A stretch of 62,943 bases of DNA, filler included, from Octopus bimaculoides (GCF_001194135.2; 9 parts of 7 records of this genome joined end to end with filler, not necessarily neighbours in it); one strand, 5' to 3'; shown: positions 12,585 to 25,722, counted from the first letter of the whole stretch. The notes: a model not told the origin generated them from the letters alone. Program-made: numbers and translations.

Positions 12585-13590
12585 TACTAGAATTGTATAG
12601 TGGTAATAGCAATGAGCTAACTATAAAAATATACAGTAGATGCTGCAGACCATGTAACCATTTGTTGGTTGGCCAACAATTTAAGAAATGTCCTGTAGTA
12701 TCCTGCAGTAGTATTTGCTGCATTTTGTCTATTGTAACTATTTATAAAGTTTATATGAGTGATATATGTATTGTATGTGCTTGTGTATATATAAATGCAT
12801 ATTTATATGCCAAGACTGAGTTTAAGCTTGCTTCTCACTCACATGGTTTCTGGTTGAGCCCTACTACTTGAGTCCTACCTTGGGCAAGTGCATGCTGCTG
12901 TTGCTTTGAGCTGATGAAGGCCTTATGATGGTATTCTATAGAAAAACTGAATGAAACTTTATGCATATGAGTGTACACGAAAGTGTACGTGTGTGTTCTT
13001 AACATCATATGGTAATTATGAATGAGCATCAATGTCATACACATAGCATCCTTTGTTGCGAGCCTTCCATGAAAACCTGGCTGGCCATAGGGAAAACATT
13101 ACTTTGCTTGGAAATGGCTGTAGGTTGACATTAAATAGAACATTTAGCTTTAGAAAATCTCCCTTAATGAATTCCAACTGATACATACCATCATGGAAAA
13201 CTGGACATTAAAATAATGATATCTGTATAGTAAATACTGACTGAGTAGTAACATAGGTAGTTAGCTTTTATTGCATATTTAGTTTGGATAAATTCCAACT
13301 GAATGGCTTGTAAAAATATAGATTTGTCTGGCATTTTAGATTTAGGTTTTAGATCCTCTACTTCCAATGTTAGTGTTTATCTTATCAGATTGTTTCTTGG
13401 CTTTAGAAATGCCTCCCTACATAAGTTATTGACTTTAGCACTATCTGCTAGAATTATATAGTCATAATAGCAATGAGCTAATTATAAGAATATACTGTAG
13501 ATGCTGCAGTCTGGCCAACAGTTTAAGAAATGTCCTGTATGTAGTATCCTGTAGTAGTATTGGCTACATTTTATCTATTGTAACTGTTTA
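12585..13590 (+). repeat. Pair of about 150-bp direct repeats (12585-12745 and 13447-13590)
   Basis: ctagaatt.tatagt...aatagcaatgagctaa.tataa.aatatac.gtagatgctgcag...ttaagaaatgtcctgta occurs twice. Confidence 0.8.
12825..12960 (+). mobile_element. Degenerate SINE head (family B)
   Basis: gcttgcttctcactcacatggtttctgg...accttgggcaagtg resembles 54828-54990. Confidence 0.55.
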
Positions 13591-14379
13591 TTGATAGACC
13601 TGTTAAGATATAATTGTAGCTAAAGTTAGTGATTATTGAGTTGTCATTGCTTAGCATCTTGGAACAACTGGATACTACTGCAAGTATAGACACATTTCAT
13701 TTACCTGGTACCAGCTTCTACTTAGTTACCATTTTAGATTTAACTTGTTATTACATGAATTCTACTTCTCTTTTCCAGCCTTCATACACAGCTGTTCTAC
13801 TTACATTGATTTATATTTCCCTCCATTCACAATAATTGTCGGCTTCCTTTTCTTAGTGATTCTAACAACTTGTTTACACCTACATCACATATTTCAGTTG
13901 TTTTTCTAGTTTCATTCTTGATTTATTTGTCACACAAACAGTTTAATTCTCCCATCCCTGATGGTAGGTTGGAGTTTATGTGGGAGAAATTTAACTGAAG
14001 CAACTATGATTTGGACAGGGTTTGCCAAGTCAATGTAAAAATCTCTGTGAATGGAATAACCAGGAACAATTTTGTGCATTATGAGAAGGTTCAGATATCT
14101 TGGGGCAGGTGTCCTCATGAATGAGTAGTTCTCTAATCTCAGGTCAGACTTGAAAAAGCAGACCTATGAAGAAATATATCCCAGCTGTGGCCATCTCTTG
14201 TGAAAGGGTGTAAATAAGGCTGAAGGAGTAAGAAAGAAGTGTGGATGTAGGAGAAGATGAATGGATGGAGGTGAATGAGCTCAGTGTTGAAAATCAAGGT
14301 GGGGAAGGAGTACGTGATGTGCTAAATGAATTAAAAGAAATTAAAAAGTGTTGATTGCTTAAAGTGGATGGAACTTGTG

Positions 14380-15125
14380 GTAAAAGGAGACCTTATTAGT
14401 TACATCGTGACATTACTAGTGTGGACAAGAGAAATGCTACATTGGTGATGAGCAAGTTTGACTACTCTGAAAAATTGGCAAGTCTCATAAGTGATGGTAG
14501 CTACAGCAAAGTAAAGAAAGACCCAACTCTGAAAACAGAGGAAGTTGTCACAGATCTTGATCAAGAATAATGATCACTTTATACCAATGAGGTACAGACA
14601 ACTGACTCAACACTACAGTAAGCTACCACACGTGTATGGTCCTCCTAAGATTCACAAGGATAGTATTCCATTAAGACCTATAGTGAACTGTAGAAGTTCA
14701 TCATGTCTGAGCCGCTTCCTTGTGAATATAATCAGTCCATTAGCAGGAAAGTCAACATTGTACTTGAAGAATTCCATCCACTTCACAGATTTGATCAAGG
14801 GCACCCCCATTGGATCCAACCAGATGGTGAGTCTAGATGTGATAAGTCTGTTCACCGAAGTCCCAACTGATGAAGCAGTATCAGTGATTCAAGAAAAACT
14901 GGTGACAGACACCTATCACTAGTATACCAATAGGAAACTTGATGGAAATCACTTTTTGTGTAGAAACTACCTATTTCAGAAAGTACTCTGATATATATCT
15001 GATATATATTCGTCATTATCACCGATAATAGCCAATATATACATGGAATACTTTGAGAATTTGACTTTAGGATCAACACCACTAAAACCAACCCTGTGGC
15101 TGCAATATGTTGATGACACCTTTAT
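14380..15125 (+). mobile_element. Penelope-type reverse transcriptase fragment
   Basis: KKDPTLK, VYGPPKIHKDSIPLRPIVN, MVSLDVISLFTEVP, IANIYMEYFE and LWLQYVDDTF are PLE RT motifs; internally deleted and frameshifted. Confidence 0.9.
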
Positions 15126-15261
15126 AGGTGTAGTGTCACAGGTGGGGTGGTGGGGATTTGGTATAGAATCAACTGATTTAGTTTACATACAGTATAATAC
15201 ATAATTCACATTACTACTGTGAATAGATATAATGACATGATGATGTATTTTTTACTTCTAG

Positions 15262-15305
15262 ATCTCTGTGGTGTCATGGAAAACCATCTAACTGATGACT
15301 ATCAG
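15262..15305 (+). CDS. Candidate 44-nt host exon, (D)LCGVMENHLTDDYQ
   Basis: Acceptor tattttttacttctag| and consensus donor CAG|gtaagc; only one of three frames is open; product not recognised. Confidence 0.5.
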
Positions 15306-15844
15306 GTAAGCTCCAGTTTGCATTAAGCCTGCTACATAGATCTAATATTCAATGCTTGTTGTATAGTGTAAGAAAGAGTGACTAGATCTTACATACTTTT
15401 GCATGTAGCACTTTACACACTGTCACATAGCTGCATATGTGTGTCAGACACAATGACTACATATTGTCACATTGGCTAGTATGTAGTCACAAAGATGTAT
15501 AAATATATATATATGAACACTGCCTATACACTGTTATATAACCATATTTATAGACAAAAGCAGCAGACAGCTGCTGATCTCATAATGAGCCAAGAAGCTA
15601 GTTCTAAAATCTTTAAGAGAGATATAAGTAGTAACAATACTAGACGGTAACATTTTTGTTGTCACTATAACATGGCTGTTCTACACATAACTATGTTGAT
15701 ATATTTAATGAGATTAGACGGGTAACCTTGTACCTCTTCTGCAGCAAGACACCTGTTTCTGTCTCTTTGTCTCACTGTAACCTTTCATCATCTGACACAA
15801 GATCACCTCCAATGCTCCCTCCCCCCTAAAAGGATTTTGGCCTA

Positions 15845-15960
15845 GCAAGTTACTTTGTGACCCTGCAAGTGCTGATGCCAGGTAAAAAACATCCAGTCCA
15901 AACTGTAACGGGGTTGGTGTTCGGAAGAGCATCCAGATGTAAAAACTTTGGCAGTAATTG
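15845..15960 (+). mobile_element. RTE-type tail fragment
   Basis: gggttggtgttcggaagagcatccagatgtaaaaactttg resembles 25-66. Confidence 0.5.
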
Positions 15961-15989
15961 CAGCATGAATTCAGCTAAAACAGTCTCCA

Positions 15990-16637
15990 CAGGAGTGCAC
16001 ATACACGCACACGCACACATACACACACGTACACATACGCATACACATGCATAGGCATGTAAAAACGCGCATATACCTCCACACACAACCCCCTGTCTAC
16101 ACACACATGCAAATGAACCCACACATACACAACACGCACTCACACATACACACACCCAAGTATACATATGTACACACACACACACACATTACACGCACAC
16201 ACACATGCACACACACAAGACACATACACACACGTAGAAACGAACTCACATACACACATGCAAATGAACCCACATACAACACACACTCACACACACACCC
16301 AGGTATACATACATGGACATACACGCAAATGAACCCTCACATACACACACAACAAACATTAACATATACACGCACACATACTACGCATATACACGCACAC
16401 AGGAAATAACCAACGTGCGATCCACAGAGCAAACCGCACGCATATACACACATACGTACACACACATATATATACACATACGCACACGCACACAAAAGTA
16501 CAGGCACACACTGCTAGAAAATCACTCCCACACAGCACACACATACTCATAAACTGCCTGCCCACTTTCTACTGACCATTGTCCACAACCACTCCCAAAT
16601 TATTCCTGCTACTAATTCCTTCCACATTGTCACACGA

Positions 16638-16677
<40 letters not shown>

Positions 16678-16800
16678 CAGATAAACAGCCAAACCACACA
16701 TACACACACACATACATACGTACACACACGTTCTGTTATTACACACACACACATACACACGGACCCGCGCACACGCACACATACTAACCTCCCTCTTGCA
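15990..16800. repeat. Degenerate (CA)-rich tract with minisatellite substructure
   Basis: The landmark gcaaatgaaccc recurs three times near 16109, 16260 and 16325. Confidence 0.85.
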
Positions 16801-17030
16801 CTCTCCTGTCTTAGAAAGAAATTTTCCTCCACCCCTTCCCCTTCCGGTCCTTCCACAATGTAACCTCGTGGACATGGGTGGTGATTTTTTTTCTTCCTTC
16901 GTTTTTCCCTTCTTTGGACTTTCCTTGTTTCTGACGAAGAGCTCTGCTCGAAACGTCATATTCTCTCTCTTTCCTTTCCCGAGCGTCTAGTAACACAATC
17001 TGTATCACGTCCTCACGTTGTTGTTTTTTG
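16800..17030 (+). mobile_element. Penelope-associated terminal-repeat fragment with hammerhead-like motif
   Basis: CTGACGA(16931-16937)-A-GAGC-TCT-GCTC-GAAA-CGTC; downstream ttcccgagcgtctagtaa...cacgtcctc resembles 62230-62295; helix I pairing is poor. Confidence 0.55.
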
Positions 17031-17042
17031 TTNNNNNNNNNN

Positions 17043-17094
<52 letters not shown>

Positions 17095-17924
17095 TGTGTA
17101 TATATATATGTATGTATATGTATAATGATAAATAGTATAAGTATATGCATATATACATATATGTACATACCTACATATAGATGTATATATACATGCATAT
17201 ATATGTACAAGACCTCAAAAAAACGTGGACAAAATGAGAAACAAAGACATAGAAAATGAACTTTTTCGAACAATGAAAGAAACAAACAAACAGAGAAACA
17301 GGACAGGCAACATAAAGAAATTCCCTTCATCAGTTGTCCCCCGTTTTATCTACTCTGCATTTCGAAGGTAGGGACAAGACGCGACTTCGTGAAAACAGTC
17401 CTTCCCACAAAGCAAATTAAATAAAATTTTGGATTTAAGTGGTAATAAAAAGAGGACAGTAAGAACGAAACAGTAAAAACAAACAGTGAGGGCTGTTAAG
17501 TCAAGACGATGTGAAGTGGTGAATGTTGGAAAAAGAAGCTTTGAGAAGATATGGGTAAAAGCACGTCTTGTCTTAAGGAAGGAAGTCGAAGAAAGATAGA
17601 TAGATAGATAGCCGTTGGTCACGCGTGAGCAACGAGAGAGTCAAGGAGGAGGAAGAGAGAGAGAGTGTGAGAGGGAATGGTGAATGGGAGAGGAGAAGAA
17701 TAGGGAAAGGGTGGGAGAGAAAGGAAAAAGAACAAGGGAGGGAGATAGATAGAAAGAATAGAGATAGGATAAGAGTGCACATTGGAATTATTGAGATAAA
17801 ACTTACTTGGAAATGGATGTACGGTGTTTGATCGTATAATAATATACATAATATATAAATATATGCATACATATATGTACATACCTACATATGTATATAT
17901 ACATGCATATATGGGTACAGAACA

Positions 17925-18590
17925 TCAAAATACGTAGATAAAATGAGGAACCAAATGAGATGGTGTGGCCATATTGTTGGAATGGCGGTTGAACACATAC
18001 CGAAACAGTTGTTTTATGGTGAGCTTGCAGAGGGGAAACGCTATTGGCGTAAACCTAAAAGAAGGTTTAAGGATGGCATAAGGACTACTATGGAATGGAT
18101 CCAGAAGACAGAAACCCTCACTTCGGATTGAGTTGGACGGCAAACAAAAGTGTGGAATGGATTGAAAGCATTTGAAGAGGCCAGCAGAACGCATGTAAGA
18201 CTCAAAAGAGATCTGAGGAAGAATGTTACTATTGAGAAGGTGAATGACAATTACCTTTTTGTATGCACAGTTTGTGACAGACCATGCCTGTCTTTTGCTG
18301 GGCTCAAATCTCTTCTGCGAATCCATGGAAAATTAACCTCCACCAACTATTCTGCCTATATGTCTGTGCACACCTTTGAATGCAGTGTATGCCAGAAAGT
18401 TTGCAAATGTAACGGAGGCTGGAAGCCTCAAAAGATATTTTAAGATCCACAAAGATCAAAACTTGTCTGCAATTCTTGCTGGTCCAAATCGGATGTGCAA
18501 TCTATGGGGGTGTCTTTTCAGAAAATTGTCAGGTTTAAAAAGCCGCATCAGATCCCATGACGGTTCTGAGGTGTAGGTACAGAAGGTGGT
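17925..18590 (+). mobile_element. RTE-clade LINE 3' end with three degenerate C2H2 zinc fingers
   Basis: QMRWCGHIVGM...IPKQLFYGELAEGKR...KPKRRFKD (RTE C-terminal motif), then CTVC..LLRIH, CSVC..YFKIH and CNLW..RIRSH. Confidence 0.8.
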
Positions 18591-18789
18591 CAAACTCTAG
18601 CATGTATATGTATACANNNNNNNNNNNNNNNNNNNNNNNNNNNNNNNNNNNNNNNNNNNNTTAATTAATTAANNNNNNNNNNNNNNNNNNNNNNNNNNNN
18701 NNNNNNNNNNNNNNNNATATATGTATACACACATGTATGTATGTATACATGTATGTATGTATGTATACATGCATGTATGTATTTAGTTG

Positions 18790-19265
18790 CAGGACCGAGG
18801 GACGCCTTGTGATCAAGAGCTAAACACATCACGCACAACGACCATTGACACCAAGGACTTTAGTGTTGGAACATTACCTGATGTAACAAGTCACATTTCG
18901 TCAGTTTTCCTTGGCCTTTGATGTTGATGGAAATTTGTAACTGCCTCAACAAGTTGACATAGTCAATCGCCTTTCATCTATGACCTTGTGAATAGGATCA
19001 ATGTTTTCCTCGGTGGTGGAAGCTGAATGATGTCCAGACTGTGGTTCATCTTGAACAATCTCTAATCCCCTTTTTAAATACACTTTTCCCCTTTTTAAAT
19101 ACACTTTTCCCCTGGGGCACTGTTAATAAAGCTGATGCGTCGTCTCCTAATGTAGCAACCATGTCAGTATGAATGTCGTTGGTGGGGCTAAACCCTTCTT
19201 CTGCATGAACTTAATAACACCAGGATGACAAATTTTGTTCTTTTTGAAGAAAAGTCGGTTTTACC
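18790..19265 (-). mobile_element. Mariner transposase N-terminal fragment
   Basis: Minus strand GVIKFMQKKGL, DIHTDMVATLGDD, DEPQSGH and TTEENID; contains a short tandem duplication (ccccttttt/aaatacactttt) near 19067-19110. Confidence 0.7.
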
Positions 19266-21933
19266 TGGAAAAAAAAAAACAATATAACCATTAACGAGAA
19301 GTGCTAAAATTAATGCACTCGAGTTTTCACACCTACCACATTACACATTCATCGTCAACGTGTGAACATTTCAGCCCACCCTGTATGCATATATATCTGT
19401 ACATATGCCGATATGTATACATATATATATATATAAGTGTGTGTGTGTGTGTGTGTGTATGCATAGGTGTGTGTGTGTGTGTGTGTGCCTGTGTGGGTGT
19501 GTGAGTGTCTGGATGCGTGGGTGTGCCCGTGTTTGTTTGTGAAGTGTGCGCGTGCGCATCTGTATGTTGTGTGTGTACATGTGTCATTTAAAATAAATCT
19601 TTATAATTTTCTTCAAGTTTTCAAACTGGATGTTTTCAATATTACATGAGTACACACCTGCTATTTTGAAATGTGATCACATTTTCAGTTGGAAAGAAAA
19701 TTAGCACTTAGTTTTATGTTGTTTTTTTTTTCCCATATTTCATCATAAATGTTTGCTTGCTAACTCTACACATATACGCATGCTTACATATATGCACCCA
19801 TACATATTTATTTATTTACTCAGGCTCACGCGCTGACAGAATGACAGACACAAATAAGTACACACAGACTCATATATATATATATATATATATATANNNN
19901 NNNNNNNNNNNNNNNNNNNNNNNNNNNNNNNNNNNNNNNNNNNNNNNNNNNNNNNNNNNNNNNNNNNNNNNNNNNNNNNNNNNNNNNNNNNNNNNNNNNN
20001 NNNNNNNNNNNNNNNNNNNNNNNNNNNNNNNNNNNNNNNNNNNNNNNNNNNNNNNNNNNNNNNNNNNNNNNNNNNNNNNNNNNNNNNNNNNNNNNNNNNN
20101 NNNNNNNNNNNNNNNNNNNNNNNNNNNNNNNNNNNNNNNNNNNNNNNNNNNNNNNNNNNNNNNNNNNNNNNNNNNNNNNNNNNNNNNNNNNNNNNNNNNN
20201 NNNNNNNNNNNNNNNNNNNNNNNNNNNNNNNNNNNNNNNNNNNNNNNNNNNNNNNNNNNNTATATATGAGTCTGTGTGTACTTATTTGTGTCTGAGCAAT
20301 GACTCGTTTCACTTGTAGTTTATCAACTGTTTATCAAGACTGCTATGAGTTGTAGAACTGCCCCCAGTTTAGTCAATCTCTTCCTTCAGCTCTCCGCACG
20401 AATGCTTTGTTCCCACCTTCGATACTACATCTGACCAACACCATTAACGTATTACAAACAAAACATTTCCATCTTCGTTATGAAAACCAGAAGCATATTT
20501 CACTCTACAACATACCAACCATGCGGTCATTCGTATCAAATAAAGATTGCATCGGTTTACGCTGTTATTCTAGATGTCCGCCGAAATAAATGTCGGTTGA
20601 GGTCTGGACTCCAAATTAAACTCATTTGTCCAAATTCACTGCATTTTCTGCCTTTACAGTATTAATTGAGAGACTTGCATTTAACTTAATAAATGGTTCT
20701 TTCTCATATTACGCTTTCGCGCTACTTATGTGTATCTATTGAACATTCGGCCCGTATTTTTCTAGTATTATGCGGGTTCACTGAAACATATATTTAACAT
20801 AATACTAGGCAGAACACACAAACCCGAAGCAAATAAATCGCAGCTATAACAAAAAGCACGATGCGTATACACGCATCAACACGCCCAAAACATAAACACA
20901 ATGATTTCAAAACACAAAACAGACACACACACATTGCCTTCAAAGAATCATTCATCGCCTACAACATTGCCTCTCCATACGCATAAAATGCATCACAATT
21001 ATAATCATTTGCCATAGCTAACATCTCTCTCACCTTCGATACTTCTGCGCCTCATATGACACTACACGCGTCTTCTTCAATAACTTACGCCTTTCAACAA
21101 CGTAAGGATCTCTTCAAATTTTGCATACGTAGACTCTTATCCTTCCAAAAGTGACTTTATTAAACGTCAATCATGTTAAAATTTCTCCCTCAAATTGCAA
21201 AACTAAGGACTATGGGTTGTGCGCCCTTGTTTGCTGATTCACATCTTTATACTGTGATTTACATAATTCTGTTATATTGCACGTGGCAAGTTTGAATTTG
21301 TTACACATTATGATCACTTGTCATCTTGTCATATTTCCACGTTTACCTTATTTATGAGAAAGGTAACACACCTGTGGCAAAACGTAAATCCAATAATTAT
21401 TTCGCGCACGTTTGTAATATATATGAAACATATATCATTCGTTCCCATCAAAATGGGAAGCCAGCTAATATTGAAATTTCGAAGTATATATTTCTCATGA
21501 TTTACGAAGGCAAATTTTTCCATAATGTCTATCACAAAATCGTCATCGAGCCTCTAAAAAGATAAAAAACTAAAAGAGGTACAGCATATCTCAGTAATAA
21601 AGCAGTTTGCATGTTATGCACAACTGTTGAAAGAATTGAAATATCAGCCATAAACTTGCATATAAATAGGTATTTATTTTCAAAAATGCTTGCGTTGCGT
21701 GGACATTATCTAAGGTGATCGAAATAGTGTATAAATTTTCGTCTCCGCTTCTCTCTCTCTCTCTCTCTCTCTCCTTCTCTTTTTTCTCTGTATTTAGTAA
21801 TGGGTATAGCTACAAATACATGCAACTATATGCATGTATACAGCACCTCCATACACACACACATATATACGTGTTTGTGTGCGTATGTGTATGCGCGCGC
21901 GTGAGTGTATGTGTGTATAAATATATATATGTA

Positions 21934-22274
21934 TTTAAATTCTCAAACGCAGGATAATGCTATTAATATAGCCCGAACAGGATAAACTCCCCCTATTTTG
22001 CAGAAAAAGAGTAGGCGGCCAGCCATGAGACTCGAACTCACACCTCCGTGATTGCGCGTCGCGGTGCTCTCGGTCAATTAAGCTAAACTACCCAACCACA
22101 AGTTTTACTGAAAATTTAAGAGGTATAGAAATCTCGCTTTATGAGACGCTATCATATGTAAAATTCAAATTACGACAAACGTAAACAAACAAACGAAGTT
22201 TGCTTTTATAAGCGTTGAGATGTCTTAGAAAGTTAAAGAAGTGATTTTAAATTCTCAAACGCAGGATGATGCTA
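21934..22274. repeat. 312-bp unit bounded by 29-bp direct repeats, containing a tRNA-like segment
   Basis: tttaaattctcaaacgcaggat(a/g)atgcta at 21934-21962 and 22246-22274, one mismatch. Confidence 0.8.
22017..22093 (-). ncRNA. tRNA-like Pol III cassette (probable SINE head or pseudo-tRNA)
   Basis: Minus strand A-box-like TAGCTTAATTG, B-box GTTCGAGTC, T-arm GTGAG/CTCAT and a T-run shortly after; the acceptor stem is imperfect and the anticodon arm is non-canonical. Confidence 0.6.
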
Positions 22275-22294
22275 ATTTTTAAATGACGGTCTTA

Positions 22295-22330
22295 AATTAC
22301 TGCTTCCCATTTGCTTGGGAAGCAGTAATT
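22295..22330. other. Perfect 15-bp hairpin
   Basis: aattactgcttccca-tttgct-tgggaagcagtaatt. Confidence 0.9.
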
Positions 22331-25258
22331 GAAGTAGATGGTGAATATGCTCCGGAATAATCATTTAAAGACGTATTTTGTTATATGTTATTTTTTTGTT
22401 GAAAATTTTTTCTTGAAAAAAAGCCGCAATAATTATGCACCAACCCAATATATATATATATATANNNNNNNNNNNNNNNNNNNNNNNNNNNNNNNNNNNN
22501 NNNNNNNNNNNNNNNNNNNNNNNNNNNNNNNNNNNNNNNNNNNNNNNAAAAGATGTATATAAATGTATATACAAACGACCACGCGCGTGTGTGTATAGCT
22601 GTGTGTTGGAACAATGTAAATCGTTACTCCTATTTCCTCGTTGTCATCCTTTGGTCAATTGTGATAAACGGAACATGATATTTGTGAAATAAACCTAGAT
22701 TGTTTTCGTAGAATATCTTACAGAACACTGCAGAACAACGAACACACATTGCCTATATAGCTACATATGCATTAAAATATGTGTGTCGAGAGAGATATCT
22801 ACACATATCTATTAGCCTGCATATATATTTTTATGTACACATTTCGATACTTAAATAAACGCACAAACCTGCATCCATCCATACGCATACACACACGTAC
22901 ATGCATATATATATGTACACACACACTCTCTCTAACACACACATACACATATATTTATATATATATTCTCACACACAAATACATATAATTGCTAACATGC
23001 AAAACGTTCCTATTCTGTACGAATTTTTTATTGAAAAATATGCAAGAATCCATGACGTATACAGGATTATGATACACTTCAAAAATATCAGCATAAAAAT
23101 GTAGTGTATGTACACATATCAAAGGTGAAATATATGTATGCAAAAAATCCTTCATTATGTATAAGACAAAAAACGAATTTCCTGTTTATTTCCGTTTTCC
23201 AGACTCGTGCAGAAGAAATAAGTAAAATAGAAGCAAAATGGCATCTAAGCAAATATAATTTTCAGCACATGCAAACATTGAAAAGCTGACGTATAAGCAT
23301 CTATACATATATGAAAACTTACATATATTCACGCATACATACGTATACACGTACATGCATAAATACACATATACAAATATATTTTATTGTATATTTACAT
23401 ATACGCGTCTATGTGTTTCTGTGTATCTACAAAGATGTGCAAAGAAGTGCTCATATTTTATACAAGTACGAGGGTGCAGGTGTAATTGAACTGCACACGT
23501 AATGTGCAGCAAAGAAAACGATATACCTCTACATATGCTTATATGTTATATGTTGGATATATATATACATACTCTGTGAATGCGTATGCATGTGTGAGTG
23601 TGTGCGTGCGTATGTCTCTTCGTATACATACATGTATTTTTTTTTGCAGTTTCTTAACAAAAACGTTCTTGTTTATAGGTTTCCAATGGTCTAAGTATCA
23701 GTCCAAAACATTTTTGATGGAGAGAGATTGGAAAAGGTTTATGAAACATAAAGCAAATAATGTAGTCAGTAAAACACGTCTTTGTAGTTTTATTTTGATG
23801 TTAACATCCTTTACATGCACGATTCAGTGACTCAAATAGGCATATAGATACACGTACGCACAAATGTATATATATGTATGTATGTGTGTATATATANNNN
23901 NNNNNNNNNNNNNNNNNNNNNNNNNNNNNNNNNNNNNNNNNNNNNNNNNNNNNNNNNNNNNNNNNNNNNNNNNNNNNNNNNNNNNNNNNNNNNNNNNNNN
24001 NNNNNNNNNNNNNNNNNNNNNNNNNNNNNNNNNNNNNNNNNNNNNNNNNNNNNNNNNNNNNNNNNNNNNNNNNNNNNNNNNNNNNNNNNNNNNNNNNNNN
24101 NNNNNNNNNNNNNNNNNNNNNNNNNNNNNNNNNNNNNNNNNNNNNNNNNNNNNNNNNNNNNNNNNNNNNNNNNNNNNNNNNNNNNNNNNNNNNNNNNNNN
24201 NNNNNNNNNNNNNNNNNNNNNNNNNNNNNNNNNNNNNNNNNNNNNNNNNNNNNNNNNNNNNNNNNNNNNNNNNNNNNNNNNNNNNNNNNNNNNNNNNNNN
24301 NNNNNNNNNNNNNNNNNNNNNNNNNNNNNNNNNNNNNNNNNNNNNNNNNNNNNNNNNNNNNNNNNNNNNNNNNNNNNNNNNNNNNNNNNNNNNNNNNNNN
24401 NNNNNNNNNNNNNNNNNNNNNNNNNNNNNNNNNNNNNNNNNNNNNNNNNNNNNNNNNNNNNNNNNNNNNNNNNNNNNNNNNNNNNNNNNNNNNNNNNNNN
24501 NNNNNNNNNNNNNNNNNNNNNNNNNNNNNNNNNNNNNNNNNNNNNNNNNNNNNNNNNNNNNNNNNNNNNNNNNNNNNNNNNNNNNNNNNNNNNNNNNNNN
24601 NNNNNNNNNNNNNNNNNNNNNNNNNNNNNNNNNNNNNNNNNNNNNNNNNNNNNNNNNNNNNNNNNNNNNNNNNNNNNNNNNNNNNNNNNNNNNNNNNNNN
24701 NNNNNNNNNNNNNNNNNNNNNNNNNNNNNNNNNNNNNNNNNNNNNNNNNNNNNNNNNNNNNNNNNNNNNNNNNNNNNNNNNNNNNNNNNNNNNNNNNNNN
24801 NNNNNNNNNNNNNATATATATATATATATATATATATACAACTATATATGTATTTCTGCTTATAGAAGCAAAGTTCTGTCTCAGAATGTATATGTACGTT
24901 TTTACCGATGGAGCTTAATGGAAAATATGTTAATGTTCACAAATATCGATTTGCCTACAAAAAATCATTTATTGTGCATATGCATTATTGAACATGTGTA
25001 TATATTAATAAGCAATATTAGAACGTTTCCCCGAACACATACACACATACATTCGTACCTCTGTGCATACATTTTGTTGTGTGTCCATGTATACGCTTAC
25101 ATTAATATAGATATTTGTATTTCCTGAAGATGCATGGAAATGTGCGTACGTCTGTGTACATCACACACACACACACACGCACACACATGCATACACAAAC
25201 ACTCAAACACACACTAACACACACGCGCCCACACACACGCATATGTACACATATATAC

Positions 25259-25332
<74 letters not shown>

Positions 25333-25684
25333 GTGTGTATATAATTATACATATAATACACCTTCATACCCACACAGAGACTCTAACATAGATATATATG
25401 AGGTGAAAATAACTGTAAACGAGAATTTGATAATGTTACATTCTAAAATAAGAACATGTACACATGGAGTTGATCAATGAAAATATGTAACGATTTTTTG
25501 TAGACGCTTGTTTATGGTTTGTTCAACTTTAGCCCTGTTATTTAAAGGTATAGATTATTTAGTTCTGTAAAAGTTAACAAAATCTAATGCTGCGACAGAT
25601 TTGTATGAATTATTCTGTCTAACATTTCTAACACGGATATGTATATATATATATATATATATGCATGTGCATGTGTGTGTGTAA

Positions 25685-25722
<38 letters not shown>

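Noticed and set aside
17320-17385. Minus-strand GAAA...CTGATGA arrangement resembling a type II hammerhead
   Set aside because: Helices II and III do not pair properly; the sequence folds better as a plain ttgtccc/gggacaa hairpin.
22017-22093. Functional tRNA-Ala(CGC) gene
   Set aside because: The acceptor stem is poorly paired and the anticodon arm has a mismatch and a non-canonical loop; kept only as a tRNA-like cassette.
23679-23768. Possible 90-nt plus-strand exon GFQWSKYQSKTFLMERDWKRFMKHKANNVV
   Set aside because: Weak donor (A|gtaaaa), no recognisable homology and no phase link to the 15305 donor.
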